A stretch of DNA of 64,000 bases from the human T2T-CHM13v2.0 reference genome, Homo sapiens. Shown here in pieces: positions 29,405 through 49,249 of this stretch. The notes beneath the pieces are model-generated. The model did no database searches. It was given only the letters and a program-made list of their open reading frames with translations, and was not told the DNA's origin. The DNA lies in the NCBI RefSeq assembly GCF_009914755.1, contig NC_060942.1; one strand, 5' to 3'. Position 1 is the first letter of the stretch, and each line of letters opens with the position of its first letter. A program made the translations under genes and the position numbers.

Positions 29405-30764
29405 TCAAAGCCACTGATTGTTTGGCAAATGCTATGTGATCCCAGCTACAACTGTGGATAGAGAAGAAGACAAGTTGATTTGTTTTTTTCTTTTAAGAGC
29501 TACAAGTATGAGACCAGAAAGCAGTAAGTTGATGGTGGCTTGCTGAGCTGAGAAGTCATATATATTTAGGGCTGGTGTTGATAACATGACAGTCTATTAT
29601 ATGGCATAGCCTTCTTGATCCCCTCCTAATGGGAAATCTTATAAAAACCATGAAAGAGTTTAATTGAGAAAAACTTAATCTCTTCTATGGAATGATCTAG
29701 GTAAAATTATTAAAAGGTTACTTTAGATAAACATATTTATGACAAACTACAACCAGATCATAAGCCCTATGAAGATGGAATTCCTCATCTGATCTCTTCC
29801 TGCAGAGACTACTGCAATGAATAGCACTTAGCAGGTATTTGATAAATATTTATTATTGTTAATGTGTTAGTGTCTATTGCCTCCTTCTCCTCTAATATTG
29901 TAACTTATCCAATCTCTTTATCAAAGATAAGTAGTTGTTGGTACAGGTCTTTGTCTTCATTCTGTTAACCCATCTTTTCATTTTCTTGGTCCATTTTCAT
30001 TTACTGACCTTCTTTTGAGTCTCTGTTTTACATGCAAATTCAACTGAATCAGAATGGATATTTTTTTCTAATAACAGAGAACTGAGGTCTCTGAATCCTC
30101 ATAGTTAACAAGAAGTTTAGCCTTCAATTTAAGCATATACCCACAAAATATATTGGCTACTGTCAAATATATTTAAATGCTGAAATGTAATTGGACTTGT
30201 TTTCCTTCATCAAATTTGTGACAGCATTAAGATCATGCCAAGAATGGCTTTGTTTTTTTCTTTGTTTGGCCTTTCTGTACTCTCTGGCTTGCTCTCTGAA
30301 TGCAATAGCAATGGGAAGAGATATCCAAGGTTAGTCACAAGGAAAATTGCTTTAAAAGAGTAAACATTATGAAAGATTATGCTATTAGGCAGAAAATGTC
30401 AATCCTCTTTCTCCTCTCTCTGTTTCTGTTTCATTCTCTCTATCACACACACATTTCTTTTGCCTATAGCTACCGCTTAACCAATTATTGTTCAATTCTA
30501 TGTAGGTTGCATTGACATTTTATATCTCTGTACTCAAATATCTACCTAGATGGGAACCAAATTAAGCAACTACTAATCATTATATATTTACTGTGTATCA
30601 GCTACCATACATTCATTAGCTCAAGTAATTTTAAAATTCAGTTTGGTCAAAACCCTACTTTGCTGTGGAAAAGATAATGAAATTTCCAAGAAAGAGCTAG
30701 TGGGATAAACATGACTTTCAAATCATTCAGGAGCATTTTAATACATTGCATTTGTTGAGCTCCT

Positions 30765-31460
30765 TTAAAATGTAACTTCTGTGAAGGCAAAGCTAAAATC
30801 TGAGTCGTTTTGTACAATATCCTAATACTCAGGATAGTACATGTCTCATAGTAGGAACTCAATACATATTTATTGAATGAATGAAAGATAATTGGAGAAT
30901 ATGTGGACTTATAGCCATTGGTAATTATGGAGGTAAAAGTATAAATGTTCATAAAATTATACCAAAGTGGAGAGAAACACAAAGTGAGAGCTGTATAGAT
31001 ACAGCTCTCACAAGATTTTTCATGGAGCATCTCTGAAATGTGTGGAAAAAAGTCATAAATAAATAAAACTAGAAACTATCGACTGGGGAAATTTTTTCTG
31101 TCTGCATAACTTTGGAATAAGTAACACAATCTCTCTGAGCATGAGTTTTCTCAACTGCTAAACAGGACAACTGCATTCACCTTGCAGGGTTTCTGTGAGA
31201 ATCATGAAAAATTTATACTAACACAGTTATTATAAATAATTTGTTTAATCTAATTTTTATCATGATTTATCATAAAAATCATAATTTTTTTTATTAAGCC
31301 AACATTTTCTAGGGCCTACTGTGGGACAAGCATTCCAGCAACACAGGGCTACAAAGTGAGCAAGAAAAACACTTGACACCATAGTCTTCAGTTTAGATTT
31401 GAATGAGAAAATAGAACATTAATCAAAAATTACCCAAATAAATTAAAATAATAATTGTAC
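30765..31460. mobile_element. Cluster of L2 3' end (+, 30765-30885), MIR (+, 31095-31220) and L2 (-, 31290-31460) relics
   Basis: TAGTAGGAACTCAATACATATTTATTGAATGAATGAA and ATCTCTCTGAGCATGAGTTTTCTCAACTG. Confidence 0.6.
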
Positions 31461-32275
31461 TTGTAATGATTGGTACTTACATTAGTATCATTAATAGTTA
31501 TTTTATTTTTAATTATACAGATACTTCCACAAAAAAACAAAACTTAGAAGTATAAAAAGATAACAGTTGCTCACTTTGAGTATTTAAGTATTTTAAGCAT
31601 GATACTTTAAATAAATTCTTTAATCCATCGTGTCACACACAAACATTCAAAAAGTTTCAAATTTTTATAAAGGGACTATCATTTTTATGACCACACTTCC
31701 AAGTAGTTTTCTTTCTGCTATTTAAAAATACAATGACTAAAATATCGATGTTGAATAATAAGATGAAAATTTTGAATTTCATTAATTTTATACTAAACAC
31801 AGTGTTGTCCCATCAGTATTAACAGAAACATATGTAGAACATGTAGAATTGACTTTGAAAGATGTGTTAATGCTCAAATTCAGTGAAAACCTTCATAACC
31901 AAATATGGCAGTCTAGGAAATGAGTATGATAGTGTAAGGTTAGAAAAATAACTTTTGATTTAAGAAACTGTTTTAATTTACTCTTTTCTTACAAAAGGAG
32001 AACAGACTCTCTCCTTTTATTTTAGAGATAATATTATTATCTCTGTTATTAGAGATAATAAAGCAACTAGAAGGAAATGAAACATCCATACTGTAACTTG
32101 ACTTTATTATCTTTACATGAATAAGAATTATACTACTATTGATTCCCTTTATCATTTTAAACATACATAGAAAACTTAGTAGTAAAATACTGATTGTATA
32201 AAATATTGCAATCTTAGGTAAAAATATTGATCTTTATAGTAGTAGGAAAGTTGCCAATTTTCTGTCCCTTTAAAG

Positions 32276-32507
32276 TATTAGTCAGAGTTACCTGTATCAG
32301 AACCCCCTATCTATAGGTAAATATATTTATTATGAAAAATTAGCCCATGCATTTATGGAGGACTAGAAGATCTTTGCCATCTGTGAGCTGGAAGCTCAGG
32401 AAAGCTGGTGGTGTAATTCCAGGCTGAATTCAAAGGCATGAGAACCAGAGGGTGTAAGTCATAATTTGAGGGCAAAAGACTAAATGTCCCAGTTTAAGCA
32501 GTCAGGG
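32276..32507 (-). mobile_element. MLT2-type LTR fragment (ERVL)
   Basis: GTATTAGTCAGAGTT...CAGGAAAGCTGGTGGTGTAATTC...AAAGGCATGAGAACCAG. Confidence 0.7.
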
Positions 32508-32588
32508 AAATTCTGATGTTTTGATACTGTAGCTTATAGCCTATACTTTAATTACTAGTTGATGATATAAATATTTAAGGTAATTTAA

Positions 32589-32987
<399 letters not shown>

Positions 32988-33780
32988 TAAGAACATACTT
33001 TGTTTGTAATAGAAGAGACTCACACAGTTGAGTTATTTATGAAAAATTATGCATCTTTTTAAATATTTTCTGGAAGAGTGGTTTCACATCTTTTGAAGGG
33101 TGTGGCTAGTAATTTCCCTCACCGGTCGCATCAATCGCAAGTAACAGTAGCCTAATAATAATTTCTTTCTTATACTAGGTGATAATTAAAACTTATGAAC
33201 TGCTTTATGTGTTATTTCATTTTATTTCCAAATTTGAGATTTATATTTCATGTTTTCCAGAAGAAAAGAACTAATCAAAGTGATTTGTCAAAGTTGATAC
33301 AACCATCACTAGCAGAACAATGTTTGTAACCTAGACTCCCAGCAGCAAACCAGAGAGCAATGTGGGAGCTGAGGGGCTGCCTGAAGCCACCTCGAGAAAG
33401 GCCTGCAGGAAGCTGAGCTACATATCAAACAGGATTCCCTGCTTCCATCAGTGACCATTTTCCTTGTAATGTAATGGAAGTGCAGAATATTTATTATTCT
33501 CTTAAACATTTTGAAAAACAAATTCAAATGAAAATCACCAGGAGCATTTAATTTTAGTAAGATAAATACTTCTAAAATTTCTTCAGGAACTAAATTTCTA
33601 AAGATAAAAAGCACAAGATTTGGTTTACAATTTATAATTCTTTAATTCTAACTGAAATATAACATGCTAAATATTCCAACAAGCTACAATTTTCTCAAAA
33701 AAAGTTAATTTTTCAGCATAGGAGAAGAGAGATGGATGAATATATATGGGTATTTGAACGAAGCACTTCAAATCATTTGT

Positions 33781-34990
<1,210 letters not shown>

Positions 34991-35468
34991 ATTGAGAAGC
35001 TTAACGAGCTACAAAAATGATGCCCTGGTATGAAAGTAGAGTAGTCAAAATATGTATTTTCCTGAAGCATTGATTTTAATCTCAGATCAATTGTGCATAT
35101 TGTTACTTAATTTCCTCCTAGAATTTGGCAGTCGAAATGCTTATTTCAGCCCAGAACTTTTTCTAGCTTGCTTTAAATAAAACCTCTTGGTACTATCACA
35201 GCAGGCCTCCATTGTTCAGATACAGCTATCTGGATCAACTTCAATTATCATGTTTGCTACTAGAAATCAGTAAAACCATCTAAGTCTTCCATTTGATAAT
35301 ATTTAGATTAAATTAAGCTTTCTCTAGAAAAAGCTATAAATGATGCTCTCTGTTTCACAAAGACACTGTTGCAAGAGGCTAATATGTGTGAAGGGTTTGA
35401 GTCAGATATTTAAGACACTGAAAATCTGAATCTGTGTTGAAAATTAAAATACAAAACCATAATAGCTG

Positions 35469-36283
35469 TGTCACATGGCTTCATGCAGGAAAGAATTCAA
35501 GAGCAAGCCAACAAAGTGAAGTGAAAGCAAGTTTATTAAGAAAGTAAAGGAGGCCGGGCGCAGTGGCTCATGCCTATAACCCCAGCACTTTGGGAGGCCA
35601 AGTAGGGTGGATCACTAGGTCAGGAGTTCAAGACCAGCCTGGCCAAAATGATGAAACCCCATCTCTACTTAAAATACAAAAAATAGCCGGGCATGGTGGC
35701 AGGCACCTGTAATCCCAGCTACTCGGGAGGCTGAGGCAGGGAATTGCTTGAACTCTTGAACCCGGGAGGTAGAGGTTGCAGTGAGCTGAGATTACACCTC
35801 TGCACTCCAGCCTGGGTGACAAAGCGAGACTCTGTCTCAAAAAAAAAAAAGAAAGAAAAAAAAATAAAGTAAAGGAATGAAAGGATGGCTACTCCATAGG
35901 CAGATGGCTACTCCAAGGGCTGCTGGTTGGCATATTTTTATGGTTGTTTCTTGATCAAATGCTAAACAAGGGGAAGATTATTCAGAATTTTCTGCAAAGA
36001 GGGCAAAAAATTATCAGGACCTATGGCTCTGTCTTTTTTTAGATCATGTTATAGGGTAACTTCTAAGAGTTGCCAGAGCATCTGTAAACTGTCATAGAGT
36101 TGTTGGGGGTGTCTTTTAGCATGCTAATGCATTTTAATTAGCATATAATAAGCAGTCTAAGGACAGACCAGTGCCATCTTGGCTTTCATGGGTTTTGGCC
36201 AGCTTCTTTACCAAATCCTTTTTATCAGTGGGGTCCTTGTGACCTGTGTCTTGAGAAACAAGTTCTGTCAAACTCCTATCTCA
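35469..36283 (-). mobile_element. MER41 (MER41C/B-like) solo LTR interrupted by an Alu
   Basis: Reverse complement starts TGAGATAGGAG and contains CCAAGATGGCAC. 4-bp TSD GCTG at 35465-35468 and 36284-36287. Confidence 0.85.
35552..35865 (+). mobile_element. Alu (AluSg/Sx-like) inside MER41
   Basis: TSD AAAGTAAAGGA at 35541-35551 and 35866-35876. Confidence 0.97.
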
Positions 36284-37384
36284 GCTGCTGCAGCCCTCTA
36301 GGTAAGTCAGATATAAACACACTCAATTAGTGAGGTTGCACAGTTTCTCCCTGCCCATCCTGCCACTGCATTAGCAAGTAGAAATAGCGGCTAATGGGAT
36401 AGGCAAAATTATTATTTGGGCTTTCTGACTGGACAGGAAAATTCACAACTGGAAACAGCTTCCACAACTTTCTACTGTGATATTTATGCTAAAACCACTG
36501 GAGGTAAAATATAAACTACCAGTCAACTCCAAATGTAGTTGCTCCCTTTAACATGACAGAGATGTTTCTCTTAAACGTGAATTAACATTACATTTATGGA
36601 AGCATGAGATGTTACCTGAAGCTTTAAAATTAGTGTAATTTTATATGTTTATCTGGATAAAATCAATTCTGCAGAAGAACATGACTTCTATTAATTGTTT
36701 CTTGCTTGACAAGAGATACCAAAATATGTACATGTGTATATAATAATGTATATTTATTTGATTGCAGTAAATCAGAGAAGGTCACAATCACCATGGAATT
36801 ATCGGTCCTTGGTTGATAATTATTAAAAGAAAAAGCAAAGCGTAGCCAGAATTCACCTTTATGGTAACAAAAAACAGAATAAGCATTACTGTAAAATTCA
36901 GTTTTAAGAACTCAAGATACAGGATAAGAATAGATTGAATTTAATTTTTTGGTAACTACTTTATAAGTAAATTTTGCTATCTTTCTAAACTAAGGGTAAT
37001 GGCTAACTCAGTTCTTTACCTTCTCAAAATCACAACTCAGCAACTTCCACACTCAAAAGTTTTAATTAATTTTTATTTAAACATATGTCTGTAATTTAAC
37101 TCATTTTAAGTACGGAAGGATTAATGTAATTGAAGACATAATAATCTGACTCTATATAGTCTACAGTGAAACCATACAAAAATTCCTATTAAAAACAAGA
37201 AGAGAGAAAGAATGATCAGTATCATGAGTATTTTAATGTTGTTCAGACTATTTTAAAGTTTATTTTATAATCTAAGTTCTTCATAATTTTTAGGGTTATT
37301 CAGTGATGTTTCAATTGATATTTACAGTGAGATAATTTTCCAAAATTGTATGAAAGCAGTTTTCAGTCCCATAGCAATAACTGT

Positions 37385-37510
37385 GTAGAACTTACCCTGG
37401 TCTTCGCAGCAACCCTATGAGAAAGAAATTATTATTGATCACATTTACAGATTAGAAGTTGAAGCTCAAGACATTTAAGTCATTTTCTACAATAACAGCA
37501 ATACAATTTG
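37385..37510 (-). mobile_element. MIR relic
   Basis: CAGCAACCCTATGAGA...CACATTTACAGATTAGAAGTTGAAGCTCA core. Confidence 0.6.
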
Positions 37511-37531
37511 GTATAGCATGTATGTGTGTAA

Positions 37532-37947
<416 letters not shown>

Positions 37948-38121
37948 AACTAGAATACCTATAGATTTTAAAATCAGTTTTGCAAGGTACTGGTTCAGTG
38001 ATTCATAATGCAAAGCATATCTGTCTTCGGGAAACATTTATTCTACTGTATCCTTTTTTATTGCTTTCATTTTCTTTTTTCTCACTTTAATTACTTTTAT
38101 GTTTTCTTTTTCTCTTTATAA

Positions 38122-41696
<3,575 letters not shown>

Positions 41697-42133
41697 CAGT
41701 ATTCCCCTGAATGTTAAGCCAAATATGTGCTATATGTGCTTAATTTTTAAATGTATTTCTCATGTGTTAGCACCTTATTGTGGGTGAATTTTATAGGCTG
41801 AGGAAGGATTTCCTATTCCTACTACATGAATTTCTTACTATCATTATTTCCCCAAGTATGATCTGAAGGAGATATATAATTTTTCTTCAATTGCATAAAT
41901 GGACAAAGAAATGCATAAAACTTCTAAAATGCTTTGGCCCTTGAACTGTTCCAATTTAATTTCCTTCATACTAAGTTACCCAGTGTAAAGTGCCTCCTAT
42001 TTTTATTTTCCTCTTACTCCTTTTTGTTGGTGGTACAATCCAGTAACCTCTGAGTTGCTCTAATAAAAGATGAATTCATGTGAAAAACTAATTCAAGAAA
42101 TGACACTGTCTGTCACAGAAAACAGTCCCCATA

Positions 42134-42134
42134 A

Positions 42135-42184
<50 letters not shown>

Positions 42185-42269
42185 CAGAGAGAGAAAGAGA
42201 GAGAGAGAGACAGAGAGAGAAAGAGACAGAGAAAGAGAGAGAGACAGAGAGAGAAAGAGAGAGAGAGAC

Positions 42270-42312
<43 letters not shown>

Positions 42313-42325
42313 GAGAGAGAGAGAG

Positions 42326-42372
<47 letters not shown>

Positions 42373-42386
42373 CAGAGAGGGAGAGA
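42134..42386. repeat. Compound microsatellite: interrupted (GA)n of about 195 bp, (GT)15, then (GA)n
   Basis: Direct reading. (GT)15 spans 42329-42358. Confidence 0.97.
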
Positions 42387-43186
42387 ATCTTTACAATCTG
42401 GATGAAAAATTTTTATCTGTATAGTAAGATGATACAATAAAGTAGATTGTCATTTATTAGAGTAGCTAATATCCCTTTGGTTTTACCTTGATTTGGTGAG
42501 TGAAAATTCTCCAGCTGCTCGATAACCCATTGACAAATAGTTATACTTTCTGAAGTGTTTAAAAAGAAAAGGAGGAAGATAAGGAGGCTGTATTAAATAC
42601 TACTGGCTTTTTACTATCATTATTAATTGTTGCCTTCAATTAGTTATTACACATCACTGTATAGATGAAAAAATTATTTATCATACTTTCCTGCTTAGAA
42701 GACACTTCATGGAGTCTATTCTAATTTCCCCAAGCAATTGAGGTCAAGAAAAAAATTTGCATTGACATGAGAATTTACCTAATTTCTTTACCCATTCCTT
42801 ATTTTTGGGGGGGGGGGGTGGAATTTAAACTCATGTAGGCAATACCTTTAAGGGCAGAATCTGAAATTTTAAAAATCACACTTTTATACTAATATTGTAT
42901 CTTGTGCTTATTTGAATTTTTAGGATTGTGTTATGTGTGCTGAAAACCTGGATGATAGATTTTTCTTCAGGGAGAATTTAGAAGCACGTAGTTTGTTGTA
43001 GAGAGTTTAAGACGTTAGAAAATACTAACTCATACTCTTTTATGTGGCAAGAATTACTTTCCTTTACTGATTGTGAAAATAATGTACTTCTCATTCGATC
43101 TGTATGACTAGCCTGTGAAACCATATTTGTAATTTCCTCAATCATTTATATGAAATAGTTTGGTTGCCTTTTCTTTGTCTTACTTC

Positions 43187-43239
43187 TTTATTTTATTTAT
43201 TTATTTATTTATTTATTTATTTTATTTATTTATTTTTTT
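43187..43239. repeat. (TTTA)n microsatellite
   Basis: Direct reading. Confidence 0.9.
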
Positions 43240-43341
43240 CTGGTGGGATGTTCAAAAATATCTTGCTTTCTCTAGTCCTCCTAACACGTTCCCAAATTCT
43301 GCATGCTCGCACATTTTAAACATGTTAGAATAGAGAAAGCA

Positions 43342-43681
<340 letters not shown>

Positions 43682-44429
43682 CTAATTATCTTATAATTTT
43701 TTCTAAGGTACAACTATATTAATCTAAGGTACAACTAAATCAATAACTTTTAACTTTCTACCATCTGTTGTTTTTTAATTTGATTGTTTACTTTTAAAAA
43801 GTAAGCATAACATCTCAATAAGTGTTGAAAAAGAAAACCAAAGAATCTGCAATATTATGCATGCAACTTCACAGAGAAGAATTTAATAACATATGATACT
43901 GCATGACTGACACTTCTATAAAAACAGAAATTATATTTCCAAACTCCAGCCAATGAAATACCCTACAGAGGCAAACCAAGCTAAGATCTTTACAAACTGC
44001 TGATCAATAAATTACACTTTAAAAGCAGCTGAGCAATTACCTGATAAGGCTTGAATCAGTAGAATTCTCATTTACATATTAAGAGATATTTATAGCAATA
44101 ATTTTTGTCATGGGTTTGTATGTGTTAAATATGATAAGTTATACCAGTAATATGGATTAATTTTGGTAATACATAATAGTCACTATAAAGTCTGAAAATA
44201 CATATTTATTTACTATAGAAGAAAATGCAGCACTAATTTAAAAATTACGTTTAGTCATTCTTTAAAAAATGTTCAAGTATTTGAGATAAGTGTATTCCTA
44301 AATTTTAGAAAGGATAAATGTCATTAAAGGCAAATGCATCATTAGGTTTTTGTTACTATCAATTAAATTTAGATTTTTTAACAAACAGGAGGACAGTGGT
44401 ATATATATGTATATATATCTAAAATCTTT

Positions 44430-46265
44430 TAGAGAATCGAGACCACTGTGCAAATTACCAACTGGAAATCTGAAGAGACAGTAGAATAACAGAGAATCAC
44501 AGCCAAGGTCAGCTTAGAACAGAAGATACTAGAACCATAAACCAGAGAAACACCTAAATGGTAATTTTGATGAATTGCTGAAGAGTAAATATAGAATCTT
44601 ATGAGAATGAGAAATTACTGAGGACCCAATATTTTGAGGACCCACCATATTCATGGGTTTTACCTCCAGGAACCCTACCAGGTTCTCACTTGAAGAGCCA
44701 AGGAAAAATTGTCATGTTACTGACTGAAGAAGGAAAAAAGTAAACACTTTGAAGTATGCCCAAGAATTCTCCTTTGCAAAGGCTTATTCTGCAGGGGAAA
44801 AGATATTACAGTCTTATCCAATCTGGGATTAGGGAAATTATATAAATCCAGCATTTGTAGCCCTTCTATTTTTTCCTAGAAAGGTGGAAAAGAATTAAGA
44901 AGAACTTGTAAAGGTCAGTGCCTCAGTACACAAGCCCACTAAAAGATTGAGATTTAATGTTAGGGTTACAGAAAACTGCTTCTCCTCGACACCTTAGCAC
45001 CAGTTAAACAGTTCTCCAGTAAAATAACAGTGGAATACAAATGAAAGAGTTGCAAGGCACAGACTCTAATAAGAAGTTCTTAATGGAACCCAAAGACAAC
45101 AGGAGAGAGAAAAACAAGGGTATCAGAGTGAAGTGAAACCTCTGCTACCTATACCTACGACAAGCATGGAATATAGACCAAATAAAACCTCACACTATAG
45201 TTTTATTGTCTCAGCTTCTGTTGCCTAATACATCATGTCAAGCTTTAAATCAAATTACAAGGCATGCTAAAAGCAACACAAACACATGTTAAAGAAACAA
45301 AGCTAGCATGGGAGCTAACTTCAATTATGAAGCCAATTTCAGGATTATCTTAAAGGGAATTTACATTAACTACAATTAATATGGTGTCATAAAAAAGGAG
45401 ATAATTTTTAAGAACAGATGGATAGTGTACACAGAAAGATGGAAACTCTAAAATGGAATGAAAATAAAATGCTGCAAATGTAAACACCGTAAAAGAAATG
45501 AAGAATGCCTTTGATGGGAACATCTATAGACTGGATCTCGATGAGGAAATAATTGAGATTGAAGATAAGTCAATAGAAACTTCTCAAACTGAAACGCAAA
45601 GACAAAAGGGAATTAGAAAAAGAGACCAGAATATCCAAGAACTGTCAGGAAATGTCAAAAGGTATAAGATACTTGTAGTTGGAATAACAGAAGGACAAGA
45701 AAGAGACAATAGAACAGAAGAAATATTTGAAGTAAAAATAACTAGGAATTTTCCAAAACTAATAACAGACTCCAAACCACATATGCAAGAAAATCAGAGC
45801 ACAAAGGAGCATGAATACCAAAAACAATCTATACCTGGGCATATCACATATCATATTCAAACTACAGAAAATCAAAAACAAAAGGAAAATCTTAAAAGAA
45901 GTCAATTAAAGAAAAACACCTTATCTATAGAAGGACAAAGGTAAGAATTACATCAAACAAGAAGCCTTTACGGTAACACAAGAAGCTTGTATGGTAACAC
46001 CATACAAGCAAGAATTTAGTGAGAGGGAAGTATTTAAAATGCTTGATTAAAAAAAGTCAACAGTCTAAAATTCAATTTCCAGCAAAATTATTCTTCAAAA
46101 ATGAAGGCGAGGAAAAGAATGAGAAGACAAGCCACCTGACTTGGATAAAATGATTGTGAAAGACATATCTGATGTCTTGGCTAGTAGTATTTGGCTATCT
46201 TCCAAAATATGCAAACCCAAAACTTCTAAAACACAAAAATTTGTTAAATGAATAACTTGATTAAA
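44430..46265 (+). mobile_element. L1MC/MD-type 5'UTR and ORF1 followed by an ORF2 fragment
   Basis: ORF 45498-45944 is ORF1p-like (IEDKSIETSQTE...QNIQEL...GITEGQER...EEIFE...NFPKL). Confidence 0.82.
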
Positions 46266-46269
46266 AATC

Positions 46270-46565
46270 GGGAGAAGAACAGCTAGCAACACAAGAACAG
46301 CTAGCTCCTTGCACAAGAACACTTGTTTGACACACTTTCCACTAATGAACTGATGTCAACTCCTGCAAGAAGCCCCCATGCCAATGTTCTCTTTGTTTCA
46401 AGACAACTTATATGTGCTTCTTGCTTTTGTCTTTAAATGCTCCTCCATACCCCAGCCTCCTCAGATGTACCTATAATCCATCATAGCATCCATATCTCAA
46501 ATTGCAATTCCCTACTATTCCCCAACAGAGGGCCTGCCTCTCTCTGTTGTTATTTTTGGTGGACA
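46270..46565 (+). mobile_element. ERV1 LTR 3' portion (MER67-like)
   Basis: ATTGCAATTCCCT...CCTCTCTCTGTTGTTATTTTTGGTGGACA terminus. Confidence 0.5.
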
Positions 46566-46569
46566 AATT

Positions 46570-46718
46570 TCTTCTTGGATCGGTAGGTATACTCTAAAAT
46601 TAGATAGTAGTGATGGTTGCAAATTTCTGTGAATATACTAAACACAGAATTGTACACTTTAAAGTGGTAGATTTTATGGTATGTAAATTATATCTCAATA
46701 AAGCTCTTATTCAAAAAA
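46570..46718 (+). mobile_element. L1MB-type extreme 3' end
   Basis: GAATTGTACACTTTAAA...GTAAATTATATCTCAATAAAGC. Confidence 0.8.
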
Positions 46719-46819
46719 GACTCAGAGAAAAACATTTTTACAAAAATTTAAAAGAGTTAACCAAGCCCCACTCAGCAAAAGCAGCTAATAAAATCAGGGA
46801 TTTAAGAGTAAGACAGTAT

Positions 46820-48876
46820 TTATGACAGTACCTATTGTTTTGATTAGTCTAGCTTTGTAACATAGTTTGGAATCAGGATGTGTGATGTTTCCAGCTTTGC
46901 TCTTCTTTCTCAAAATTGCTCTGTCTCTCTGGGGTCTTTTGTGGTTGCCTACTAATTTTAAGATTGTTTATTCTATTTCTGTGAAAAAATGCTATTGGAA
47001 TTTTCATAGGGATTGTCTTGAATTTGTAGATCACTGTAGGTAATACAGATATTTTAACAATATTTATTCTTCCAATCCAGGAGCGTGGTATATATTTATT
47101 TTATTTATGTCTTCTTCAATTTCTTTAATCAATTACTTATAGTGTTCAGTGTACATATCTTCCATCATCTTAGTTAAATTTATTTCCAAATATTTTATTT
47201 TTTGATACTGTTTTCATGGAGATTGTTTTCTTAATTTCTTTTTTGGATAGTTAATTGTTAATATATAGACTTACAATTGATTTTAACATTGATTTTGTAT
47301 CAGGCAACTCTACTAAATTTGTGTATTAGTTCTAGTCATTTGGGGGTTGCATATTTAGGGTTTTCTACATGAAATATCATGCCATCTAGGAAAATAAACA
47401 AGACACAAAGACCAATGGAACAGAACATAGAAGCCAGAAATCAACTCACACATATATGATCAACTAATCTTTCACAAGTGTGCCAAGAATACACAGTGGG
47501 TAATATATAAACTTTTCAATAAATGGTGTTGGGAAAGCTGGATATCCAAAGGCAAAAAAGTGAAATCAAATCCATACTTTACACTACACAAAACTCCAAT
47601 CAAAATAAATCCAAGGCCTAAATTGTTAGACCTGAAACCATAAAAGTCCTACATGAAAACAGTGGAAAGGTTACTTGATACTGACCTTGGTGATGATTTA
47701 CTGAAAATGATACCAAAAGAACAGGCAACAGAAGCAAAAATAAACAAGTCAAACTTCATCAAACCAAAAAGCTTCTGCATAGCAAAATAAAGAATCAACA
47801 GAGTGAAAAGGATACCCACAGAATGAGAGAAATGCTTGCAAACCATATATCTAATAAGGGGTTGATATCCAAAATACTTAGAAAATGCCTACAGCTCACT
47901 AACAGAAAAAACAAAAGACCCAGTTTTAAAATGGGCAAAGGACCTGATTAGACATTTATCCAAAGAAGACTAATTGCCAACAGGCATATGAAAAAATGTT
48001 ACACAACATTACTTATATGTGAAATGCAAATGAAAACTGCAATGATGTATCACCTCACACATGTTAGGATGGCCATTATCAATGGCAAAAAACAGATAAG
48101 TCTTGGTATGCATGTGAAGAAAAGGGAACACATATATCATCGGTGGAAATTTAAGTTGGTACAAGCATTATGGAAAATAGTACAAACATTCCCCAAAAAC
48201 TGAAAAATAGAACTAACATACGACACAGCAATTCCACTTCTACTTATGTATCCACAGGAAATGAACTCAGTATTTTGAAGAGATATTTGCACTCCCATGT
48301 TTATTTCAGCACTATTCACGATAGCCAAAATACGGCAACAACCTGTGTGTTTTGACAGAGAAGAGATATTAAAAACTGTGATTATATATATCTTCATACA
48401 CAATAAAATAATATTCAGCCATAAAAAGGGAGTCCGGTGATTTGCATCATTATTATTATCACACTAAGTAAAATAAGCCAGATACAGAAAGACAACTACT
48501 GTATAATCTCACTTATATGTGAAATCTACAATAGTTAAACTCATAGAAGCAGAGAGTACAATGGTGGTTTCCAGGGCCTGGGGGATCGGAGAAATGGGGA
48601 AATGCTGATGAAGGATACAAACTTTTGATTGTAAGATGAACAAGTCTGATAATTTAGTGTATACCATAGTGAACATAGTTCACAATATGAGTAAATCTTA
48701 AGTATTCCAGCCACACACACACATGCGCACACACACACAAAAATTACATGGGTTGGTAGATGTGTTAACTTGATTACTGTAATTATTTCACAATATGTAT
48801 GTATAGCAAATAATCATGTTGCACATCTTAAATATATACAATTTTATGTCTAATAAAAATGAGAATCTAATAAAAA
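46820..48876 (+). mobile_element. L1MA8/9-like insertion with 5' inversion (46820-47392 antisense, 47393-48876 sense)
   Basis: Antisense ORF2 joined to sense ORF2/3'UTR. TSD TAAGACAGTAYTTA at 46809-46822 and 48877-48890. Confidence 0.88.
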
Positions 48877-48936
48877 TAAGACAGTACTTAAATAAATAAT
48901 TATTAGAAATACAAATAATATGCATTTATAAATACA

Positions 48937-48940
<4 letters not shown>

Positions 48941-48981
<41 letters not shown>
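48941..48981. repeat. (AC)20 microsatellite
   Basis: Direct reading. Confidence 0.97.
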
Positions 48982-48982
<1 letters not shown>

Positions 48983-49249
48983 TGTTCTAGTTGCAGCCCA
49001 ATAGTGGTATTTTGTGAGAACTGCACTGTTGTCATTCATTGTGTTAAGAAAGGAATTACGATATCCCACTCATATCTTTATTAACTAGAGATCAGAGACA
49101 CCTACTAAATCCTCACCTTAATAAATGTACTCCAGCACAAAAGTACAGCATCTAGAGACTACTAAAATTTAAACTTCTACCGGATATTTTATCTTTAACA
49201 ATCCCCCACTGCAAATTAGAGCCCCCCCACAAATTAATACACCAAGCAT

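Noticed and set aside
42070-42437. ER-rich and LS-rich ORFs
   Set aside because: They are translations of the (GA)n/(GT)n microsatellite.
42807-42820. Poly-G run as a G-quadruplex element
   Set aside because: It is an isolated homopolymer with no supporting context.
43178-43270. (TTTA)n as the orphan tail of a tiny retrocopy
   Set aside because: The candidate TSD (TCTTACTTC versus TCTTGCTTTC) is weak and no body is recognisable.
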